Positions 56,557 to 64,000 of a DNA stretch of 64,000 nt are shown in pieces. The stretch is taken from positions 192,001-256,000 of the forward strand of contig CAWDVE010000016.1 of the NCBI GenBank assembly GCA_963805625.1, written 5' to 3'. The translations under genes were made by a program, and so were the position numbers. This DNA comes from an uncultured Candidatus Rokubacteria bacterium (lineage in GTDB: Bacteria > Methylomirabilota > Methylomirabilia > Rokubacteriales > DASRDR01). The notes beneath the pieces are model-generated. The model saw nothing but the letters and a program-made list of their open reading frames with translations, did not search any database and was not told where the DNA came from. How positions within the stretch are numbered: the first letter of the stretch is position 1; every line of letters starts with the position of its first letter.

Positions 56557-57525
56557 ATGATGACGCTGCCGAAGCGCGTGACCATCTGCGAGGTCGGCCC
56601 CCGGGACGGCTTCCAGATCGAAGCCGAGTGGATCCCGACCGAGACGAAGGTCAAGGTGATCGATCGCCTCGCCGAGACGGGCCTGCCGCGGATCGAGGTG
56701 ACGTCGTTCGTTCATCCGAAGGTCGTGCCCCAGATGCGCGACGCGGAAGAGGTCATGGCGCGGATCCGCCGCCGGCCGGGGACCCAGTACATCGCCCTCG
56801 TGCCGAACGAGAAGGGCGCCGTGCGCGCCGTCGACGCTGGCGTCGACGGGATCCACACGGTCGTCTCGGCGAGCGAGAGCCACAACCTCGCCAACGTCAA
56901 CATGACGGTTGCCGAGTCGCTCGTGAAGCTCCGCGCCGTGCTGGAGGTCGCCGGGCGCGCGAAGGTTCACGTCAGCTGCGCGGTTTCCACGTCGTTCGGC
57001 TGCCCCTTCGAGGGCGACGTACCGGTCGATCGCCTCGAATGGGTAGTCGCGTCCCTCGTCGACATCGGCGCGCGGGCGGTGGCCCTCGCCGACACGACCG
57101 GCATGGCCAATCCTCGCCAGGTGACGGAGATCCTCGAGCGCTTCGGGCCGCGCTTCCCCGGCGTCGAGTGGACGCTCCACACGCACGACACGCGCGCACT
57201 GGCGATCCCGAACATCCTGGCCGCGATGGCGTGCGGGGTCACCCACTTCGACAGCTCGATCGGCGGGCTGGGCGGCTGCCCCTTCGCTCCCGGCGCCTCC
57301 GGCAACGTCTGCACCGAGGACCTGGTCCACGGTCTCCACGCCATGGGCGTCGAGACCGGCATCGACCTCGACCGGCTCCTCGCCGTCTCGCGCTACGTGC
57401 AGGAGGTGGTGGGCCGCGTCCTTCCCGGCCAGCTCGTCAAGGCCGGCCCGGCGACGCGGCGCTATCGCGTCCCCGACGGCGTCGCCGCCAGGCTGACGGG
57501 CTTGCGGGACACCAGCAGCAGGTAG
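56557..57525 (+). CDS. Hydroxymethylglutaryl-CoA lyase family
   Basis: EVGPRDGFQ, SFVHPK.VPQM, FGCPFEG, H.HDT, GGLGGCPFAPGASGN..TED. Confidence 0.92.
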   Translation: MMTLPKRVTICEVGPRDGFQIEAEWIPTETKVKVIDRLAETGLPRIEVTSFVHPKVVPQMRDAEEVMARIRRRPGTQYIALVPNEKGAVRAVDAGVDGIHTVVSASESHNLANVNMTVAESLVKLRAVLEVAGRAKVHVSCAVSTSFGCPFEGDVPVDRLEWVVASLVDIGARAVALADTTGMANPRQVTEILERFGPRFPGVEWTLHTHDTRALAIPNILAAMACGVTHFDSSIGGLGGCPFAPGASGNVCTEDLVHGLHAMGVETGIDLDRLLAVSRYVQEVVGRVLPGQLVKAGPATRRYRVPDGVAARLTGLRDTSSR

Positions 57526-57573
57526 CATTCGACGTTGCGCCGACTTGATGGGTAGGGAAGGTCTCTAGCCATC

Positions 57574-57756
57574 TTGTCCCGTCGGCAGTGCGCGTCAAGC
57601 GTCGCAGTGATTGTCGCCCTCCTCTCGTGGGCGGTGCGCATCGTCGACGCGCAGCCTCCGGCGCGGCAGCCGCACATCGGTCTGCTCTCGATCGGCACGG
57701 ACCCCTCGCGCCTCCGCCATCTGACCGCTCCGGGCCCGTGTCTCGCCGCGTGGTAG
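57574..57756 (+). pseudogene. N-terminal remnant of an ABC transporter substrate-binding protein
   Basis: Signal-like segment then AQPPARQPHIGLL, resembling the AQQ..K..RIG.L start of ABC_sub_bind proteins; ends after about 60 aa. Confidence 0.45.
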
Positions 57757-57766
57757 CATCGCGGCC

Positions 57767-58708
57767 ATGCGCATCAAGTACCGTGTCGGCGTGATGCCGG
57801 GGCCGTGGCCTCATGGCCCGGCCGGGCGCGACTTCTTCTGGCGGTTCGTCGAGCTCTGCGAGAAGAGCGAGATCGACTCAGTGTGGTTCTCCGAGCGGCT
57901 GTCGTCGCCGCTGCCCATGCCCGAGCCCATGACTGCGATGGCGGCCGTCGCCGCCCGGACGACGCGGCTCAAGTTCGGGCCGAGCGTGTTCGTCACGCCG
58001 TTCCGGACGCCGGTCATGGCCGCGCGCGAGATCGCGATGGTGGACTACCTCTCGAACGGGCGCATGCTGCCGGCCTTCGGCATCGGCGTCGACCAGCCGC
58101 GGGAGTTCGAGGCGGCGGGCGTGCCCTTCCGCGAGCGCAGCCGGCGCACCGACGAGGCGATCCAGATCATGCGGCGCTGCTGGAGCGAGGACGAGGTGAC
58201 GTTCGCCGGGGAGTTCTGGCGCCTCGACCGCGTCACCGTGCTCCCGCGGCCGGTGCAGCAGCCGATGCCGCTCTGGATCGGCGGCAACAGCGAGGCGGCC
58301 ATGCGCCGGGCAGGCCGCCTCGGCGACGGCTGGATCCCGTCCTTCATCACGCCGGACCAGTTCCGCGTCGGCGTCGAGAAGACGCGGACGTTCGCCGCCG
58401 AGGCCGGCCGCGATGTGCCGGCCGACCACTTCGGCGCGCTCTTCTACTACTGCCTCGACCCCGACCCGGCCGTCGCCCGCGCGCTGGCCGATCCCTTCAT
58501 CCCGCGCGGCCGCGTCGACGACGCCACCCTCGCGCGCTGCACGGCGTTCGGTCCGCCCGTGCGGGTGCGGGAGCATCTGGAGGCGTACGTCGCGGGCGGC
58601 GGCTCCAAGTTCATCCTGCGGCCGATGTGTCCGCCCGAGCGGATGCTCGACCAGCTCGGTCAGCTCGCCACCGACGTCGTCCCCGCGTTCCACCGCCGGG
58701 AGGGCTGA
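57767..58708 (+). CDS. LLM class flavin-dependent oxidoreductase
   Basis: DSVWFSE, AARTTRLKFG, DYLSNGR, PLWIGG, RAGRLGDGW. Confidence 0.9.
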   Translation: MRIKYRVGVMPGPWPHGPAGRDFFWRFVELCEKSEIDSVWFSERLSSPLPMPEPMTAMAAVAARTTRLKFGPSVFVTPFRTPVMAAREIAMVDYLSNGRMLPAFGIGVDQPREFEAAGVPFRERSRRTDEAIQIMRRCWSEDEVTFAGEFWRLDRVTVLPRPVQQPMPLWIGGNSEAAMRRAGRLGDGWIPSFITPDQFRVGVEKTRTFAAEAGRDVPADHFGALFYYCLDPDPAVARALADPFIPRGRVDDATLARCTAFGPPVRVREHLEAYVAGGGSKFILRPMCPPERMLDQLGQLATDVVPAFHRREG

Positions 58709-58729
58709 TCGGGCGCCGGCCGCCCGGCG

Positions 58730-60597
58730 TCAGAACTCGACTTGCGCCCCGAGCTCGACCACGCGGTCGGGTGGGATACGGAAGTATTCCGTCGCCGAGC
58801 GGGCATTACGCGCCAGGAAGCCGAAGAGCAGCTTCCGCCACTTCGCCATGGGCGCGGGCCCGGTCGGCAGGAGGCGCGTCCGCCCGACGTAGTAGCTGGT
58901 CTCCTCCAGGGCGCTCGCGATTCCTAGCCCGCAGCAGCGATCGACGACTGCCGGCACGTCGGGCGTCTCCATGAAGCCGTAGCACGCCCGGACCCGGTGG
59001 AAGCGCGCTGTGAGGGCGTCGGTGGAGATGCGGTCAGCGTCGGCCACCGCCGGCTCGTCCGTGGTGAGGACCGTGAGGATGACGACGTTCTCGTGGAGGG
59101 CCTTGTTGTGCTCCAGGTGATGGAGCAGGACGGGGGGCACGCCTTCCATCGTGGCGCTGAGGAAGACGGCGGTGCCGGAGACGCGCGGCGGCGGCACCCG
59201 CGCGAGCTGATCGAGGAACGGCTGGAACGGCACGGACGCCCGGGTCAGGAGCCCGCGCATCAGCTCGGTGCCGCGCTTCCAGGTCGACAGGAGGGCGTAG
59301 ACCGCCGCCGCGATGGCGAGGGGAACCCAGCCGCCCGCGCGGACCTTCACCAGGTTGGCGCCGAGGAACGCGAGATCGACCGCGAGAAAGAGTGCGGCCA
59401 GCCCGCCTGCCTGCCAGACCGGCCAGCGCCAGCGGTGACGTGCGACCAGGTAGAACAGCACGCTCGTGACGGCCATCGTCCCGGTCACCGCAATGCCGTA
59501 CGCCGCGCCCAGCGCGCTCGACGAGCGGAAGCCGAGGACGAGCAGCAGGCACCCGACCATCAGGGCGGCGTTGATCTCCGGGAGGTAGACCTGGCCCGCT
59601 TCCGTCCACGAGGTGTGGACGATCGTGACGCGCGGGAAGTACCCCAACCGGACCGCCTGGCTCGTGAGTGAGAAGGCCCCGGAGATCAGCGCCTGGGAGG
59701 CGATGATCGTGGCGAGCGTCGCGAGGCCGAGGAGGGGATAGAGGAGCGGCCGGGGCGCCAGGAGATAGAAGGGACTCTGGACGGCCTCGGGCTGACGGAG
59801 GACGAGGGCAGCCTGGCCGAGGTAGTTGAGGAGCAGGGCCGGAAACACGAGACCGAGCCATGCGCGCCGGATCGGCAGGCGCCCGAAGTGGCCCATGTCG
59901 GCGTAGAGCGCCTCCGCGCCGGTCACGGCGAGGACGACCGCCCCGAGCACGAGGAACGCCGCCGCCCGGTGCTCGGCGAGGAGCCGCATCCCGTACCACG
60001 GGTTCAGAGCGTTGAGGATGCCGGGACTCCGCCAGACCTCTCCCCCCCGAGCAAGGCAATGGTGACGAACCAGATGAGCATGACGGGGCCGAACATCCTG
60101 CCCACGCCGGCGGTGCCGCGCTTCTGGAGGGCGAAGAGAAGCAGGAGGAGGACGGCGGCGATCGGCACCACCCACGGAGCCAGCCCCGGCGCGGCGATCT
60201 CGAGCCCTTCGACGGCCGCCAGCACGGAGATTGCCGGCGTGATCACCCCATCGCCGTAGAGGAGGGCCGCGCCGAAGAGGCCGAGGGCCACGACGGTGGG
60301 GCCACGCGCGCGCGGGGGGATCAGCGCGAGGAGTGCCAGGATCCCGCCCTCTCCGCTGTTGTCGGCGCGCATCACGAAGACGACGTACTTCACGCTCACG
60401 ATCAGGACCAGCGACCAGACCAGGAGCGAGAGCACTCCCAGCACCGTGTCCGGCGTCACGGGAAGGCCGTGGCCGGGGCGCAAGCATTCGCGCAGCGCGT
60501 ACAGCGGGCTCGTCCCGATGTCGCCGAAGACCACGCCGAGGGCAGTGATGGCGAGGGCGGCCCCGTGCCGGCGTCCGGGTGGCCGAGCGAGCGCCAT
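58730..60597 (-). CDS. kup: KUP/HAK/KT potassium transporter with one frameshift at a G7 run (60042-60048)
   Basis: [32 protein letters not shown] in ORF 60004-60597; [23 protein letters not shown] in the downstream frame. Confidence 0.9.
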
Positions 60598-60711
60598 GGC
60601 CCCACTCTACAGAGGTGGCATCCCGGAGGTCATCCCCGCGGTGCTGCTGGCGGCCATCCACGAGAAAATGGCCGCCAGCGCGCGGCGGCCCGGCCCCGGC
60701 GCACGGGAGAC

Positions 60712-61185
60712 TCAGTGAGCTCGGGTACGCCGGCTGGAGCCAGCTCCTGCGCGTACCGGCCCGGGTGTCCTGTCGCTCACCCCGAGCGCGTATTGCCAGG
60801 ACAGGGGATCGGGCAAGGCGACCGAGTGAAAGCCCATGCCGTGGAACTGCTCCGCGAGCATGAGCGCCGATTCGCTCAGGGCGTAGCTCCCCAACCCGGG
60901 GATCACGAAGACGAGATGGGCCGGCCCCCGCTGGGAGAACAGGGCCAGGACGGGCTTGTTCTTTCCTTCGAACCGCGGCACGTTCCGGCGGTCGGTCCGG
61001 ACCTCGAGCAAGCTCACCAGGTAGTTGGTGCGATGGGGATGGTATCCCGCCGGGATCAGGCTGGACTTCAGCGGATTGGCGATCGGGAACCGATAGTCGT
61101 CCGCGGAGGCAACTGCCGCTCCGAGGAGCCAGGCTGCCGTGGCAGCCACGACCAGGGCCATCGCGATCAAGGCTGCTCGCTTCAT
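60712..61185 (-). pseudogene. Signal-peptide-bearing, probably truncated alpha/beta-hydrolase-like protein
   Basis: MKRAALIAM signal peptide; LVFVIPGLGS...GFHSVALP resembles a hydrolase N-terminus, but the ORF ends before any nucleophile elbow. Confidence 0.4.
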
Positions 61186-61424
61186 GACCTTGCCTGTTGG
61201 CACCGCTGGGACTGTTGGCACCGCAGGCGTCCGGCGCCGCCTCCGGTCGACGCTACTCCACCCCGGGGCGCGGCGCCAGGGGTCGCGCGAGGGCACATGG
61301 GCGGCCAGGGTCCCGGGGGCCTGGGACGTGCGGGAATGCCGACGCGCTGGATGGCGCGGAGGGGCCGCGGTGATGGGAGAGCCGCCCCGGGGGCGCGTGA
61401 GGTGTCGCGCCGACGCCCGGGGCG

Positions 61425-62699
61425 CTAGCGCATGTTGCCGGTGTGACCGAGCGAGTAGCGTCCGGGCTGAGGCCACACGGTGAGGCCGTGCGGCTCTTTC
61501 CCGACCGGGATCGTCGTCACCTGGCCGCTGCGGGTGTCGAAGACGTAGACGACGTCGTCGAAGCGGCCGCTCAGCCAGAGCTGGGTGCCGTCGGCGCTGA
61601 CGTTGCCCATGTCGGGGCTCCCGCCGCCGGGCACGGTCCAGGTCGCTTCGATGGTGCGGGTCGCGAAGTCGACGACCGCGACGCTGCCCGGTCCCTTCGG
61701 GCGGCCCCGGATCTGCCGCGACCCGCGATTGGCCACGTAGAGCTTCTTGCCGTCCCGGCTTGGATAGAGGCCGTGGGTGCCGATCCCGGTCTTGAGGAAC
61801 CCGGTGACGACGAAGCGGGCGCCGTCGATGAGATGGAGGCCCCCGGCCATCATGTCGGCGACGAAGTAGGTCTGGCCGTCCGGGGAGACCCGGATGTCCT
61901 GGGGCATCCCCCCTCGGGGCAGCGCGAGGTAGCCGAGCACGGTCCGGTCGACGAGATCGACCTTGACCAGGCCGCTCTGGAACTCGCAGGTCGCGATCAG
62001 GTACTGGCCGTCGATGGAGAAGTCCGCGTGGTTGACGCCCGCGCAGTTCGGCACCGCGATCGACGCCTGGAGCGCCATGGTGCGCGGATCGCGGAAGTCG
62101 AGCCGCTTGAGCGCCTCGGCAACGACCATCGCGGAGCGGCCATCCGGGGTGAAGTAGAGGTTGTAGGGATCGTCGACGGGGATCGGCCGCCCCGGCTTGC
62201 CGGTCGTCGGATCGACCGGCGTCAGGCTGCCCGTCGTCAGGCCCTCGGCGTTGTTGGCCACCCAGAGGGTCGTGAGGTCGTAGGACGGCACGACGTGCTG
62301 GGGGTTCACCCCGACCGGGAACGTGTCGACCACCGTCAGCGTCGTCGAGTCGATCACCGTGACGGTGTTCGCCTTGACGTTGGGCACGTAGACTCGGGGG
62401 AGCGCGCCGGCCACCGTCGGGCTGAGCCGGCCCGCCGCGGTCTCGCTGTAGAGATTCGTGGGATCGGGGACCGGGGGCATCCCGGGGATCGGTTGCACCG
62501 GCGCCGGCACGGGCGCTGGCGTCGGCGTCGGGGCGGCGCCGGACGTCTGCGCGCTGGCCCGGAGGGCCGACAGCCGCCAGAGCACGCCGATGCTCCACAG
62601 GGCGAGGAGGAGCCCGAGCAGTACGCCGACCCGCCACATTCGGGATCGGGCGCGCGTCATTCTCGAAGTGGCGCCCTTGCGGGCGCGCACGCGGGTCAT
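61425..62699 (-). CDS. Exported YncE/YVTN-type beta-propeller protein
   Basis: N-terminal TM/signal and Pro-rich linker; VYVPN....TVTVID, VG..PQH, PHGL repeats; ATGA-coupled to the upstream gene. Confidence 0.85.
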   Translation of the reverse strand: MTRVRARKGATSRMTRARSRMWRVGVLLGLLLALWSIGVLWRLSALRASAQTSGAAPTPTPAPVPAPVQPIPGMPPVPDPTNLYSETAAGRLSPTVAGALPRVYVPNVKANTVTVIDSTTLTVVDTFPVGVNPQHVVPSYDLTTLWVANNAEGLTTGSLTPVDPTTGKPGRPIPVDDPYNLYFTPDGRSAMVVAEALKRLDFRDPRTMALQASIAVPNCAGVNHADFSIDGQYLIATCEFQSGLVKVDLVDRTVLGYLALPRGGMPQDIRVSPDGQTYFVADMMAGGLHLIDGARFVVTGFLKTGIGTHGLYPSRDGKKLYVANRGSRQIRGRPKGPGSVAVVDFATRTIEATWTVPGGGSPDMGNVSADGTQLWLSGRFDDVVYVFDTRSGQVTTIPVGKEPHGLTVWPQPGRYSLGHTGNMR

Positions 62700-63532
62700 G
62701 GGCGCGACCCGACCGGCATCGCGTCGCGTCGCGCGAGCGATCGCCGGATGGCCTCCACCGTCTGGGCCACGATCGTCTGCTCGATGAGCCGGCCCAGCTC
62801 CGCGCTCGCCCGGCTGGGGTCGCCGTCCGCGCCCTCCCAGGCGCCCGCGCCCGGCCCCGGCCGAAGCCGCTCCTGTCGAACGACGCTCGGGTCGACGGCC
62901 AGCATCAGCGAGGTATCCAGCGCGCCCGCGTGGCTGCCGATCTCGCGATCCTGATAGCCGCGACTCTGCAGGAGCGCGCGCGCGCCCGTGGTGCTCGCCC
63001 GGTAGTACGCGTCGATCGCGTGAGCGCGGGTCGGAGTGGCCGCCCAGCCGCGGTTCAGGCGGCGTGCCACGGCCTCTTGCCCCGCCTGGTTGCCACCGCT
63101 GTCCCCGATGAGCACGACGTCGCGAAATCCGTGGATGGCGAAGCTCCTGGAAGCGGCCTCGAGAACCGCCTCGAAGACCGGCTCCGGCAGCGTGATCGTT
63201 CCCGCGTAGCGCATGTGCCCGGTCGGCGGGGCGAGCGCGCCCTCCGGCACGTAGGCCAGCACGGGCGCCACCAGGGTGCTGCCGAGGGAGCGGGCGATCG
63301 CCGCCGCGAGCGCCCGCGCCCGGACGTTGTGCTTGCCTAGCGCCATGTGCGGCCCATTCTGTTCGGTGCCTCCCGTCGGCAGGATGATGGTGGTGGTTCC
63401 GGATCGGACGAGATCCCGTACTTCCATCCAGGTCAGCTCCTCGAGGAAGACGGTGGCCGGGGGCTCCGCCCAGCTCCCCGGCGGCGACACGACCATCCAC
63501 GCCACCAGGGCCAGGACCGCGCTTGTTCTCAT
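62696..63532 (-). CDS. Creatininase-family amidohydrolase with signal peptide
   Basis: LEELTW.E, PTGGTEQNGPH, GTITL, SGGNQ, HAG..DTS.MLA, GDP..AS.ELG. Confidence 0.85.
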   Translation of the reverse strand: MRTSAVLALVAWMVVSPPGSWAEPPATVFLEELTWMEVRDLVRSGTTTIILPTGGTEQNGPHMALGKHNVRARALAAAIARSLGSTLVAPVLAYVPEGALAPPTGHMRYAGTITLPEPVFEAVLEAASRSFAIHGFRDVVLIGDSGGNQAGQEAVARRLNRGWAATPTRAHAIDAYYRASTTGARALLQSRGYQDREIGSHAGALDTSLMLAVDPSVVRQERLRPGPGAGAWEGADGDPSRASAELGRLIEQTIVAQTVEAIRRSLARRDAMPVGSRP

Positions 63533-63967
63533 GACACTCCCTCGCGGGCGCTTTCAGGGACGGGCCCGACTGTCGTCTCCGCCGGTGCCAGAGGAGCGGG
63601 CGCGTTCCGACGCCGAGTGTACCAGCGGATCCCCCGGTGACCGAGGGAACGCTACTGCCCTGGGGAGGCCTGTGGCCGGCCGGGAGGATCGAGCAGGGTC
63701 TCGATAGTGCCTGGGCTGGTCGCCGGCGCCCTGTGATTGCCCCATGGTTCGCGTGCCGACGCGCGGGGTCTGGGGTCTCTGGCGGGTGCTCGGGTGGCGG
63801 CCGGCCTGGACGGCCGCCTCCCGGCTCCCGTCTGTCCCCACCGAGATCGGCCGTCGGCTCGAAGCCGGACGTCGCGAGCCCACGGCCCCTCGCGACGCCG
63901 GCTCGACCGATCTAGAATCAGCTTGCCAGCGGACTGTCCGCACACGAGCCATGACCCGGGAGATCGG

Positions 63968-64000
63968 ATGACTCATCGCCTTGGCGTCGACGTGGGAGGT
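63968..64000 (+). CDS. Start of a hydantoinase/oxoprolinase-family protein (truncated by the window edge)
   Basis: MTHRLGVDVGG after a GGGAG RBS matches the xGxDVGGTFTD N-terminus; only 11 codons visible. Confidence 0.55.
   Translation, partial: MTHRLGVDVGG

Noticed and set aside
757-63500. Many long overlapping or antisense ORFs (e.g. 2241-4136, 7371-9758, 10323-12578, 43182-45611, 52777-54654)
   Set aside because: Arg/Pro/Gly-rich shadow ORFs expected from stop-codon scarcity at high GC; each overlaps a motif-supported gene
23386-63532. Mycofactocin or other RiPP system (radical SAM/SPASM plus creatininase-like MftE plus LLM)
   Set aside because: The genes are 33-38 kb apart, no precursor peptide or PqqD/MftB chaperone is seen, and the radical SAM sits in a sugar context

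Overview
High-GC (roughly 70% or more by eye) genomic window from a diderm bacterium (LptD present). Gene content resembles Candidatus Rokubacteria/Methylomirabilota, but this is inference only. About 45 kb (1-45362) is a cell-surface glycan locus of two convergent arms. It encodes LptD, Wzm/Wzt, a coiled-coil methyltransferase, five GT4 and two DPM1-like GT2 enzymes, three DegT-family aminotransferases, NDP-sugar dehydratases/reductases/epimerase, a radical SAM/SPASM enzyme, an amidotransferase, a DPPR-synthase-like UbiA enzyme, and five or six large polytopic GT-C-like proteins with different periplasmic domains (discoidin, ILEI, tandem CBM-like). The remaining 19 kb is metabolic: a TetR-linked CoA-transferase/hydratase/acyl-CoA dehydrogenase operon, an MttB-corrinoid-homocysteine methyltransferase module, HMG-CoA lyase, LLM oxidoreductase, Kup, and an exported creatininase-like protein paired with a beta-propeller. 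Sequence quality appears to degrade from about 13.7 kb to 23.4 kb, with frameshifts, garbled genes and a cytosine-free AT island, most likely a long-read consensus artefact. All calls come from motif recognition by eye; no database searches were run.
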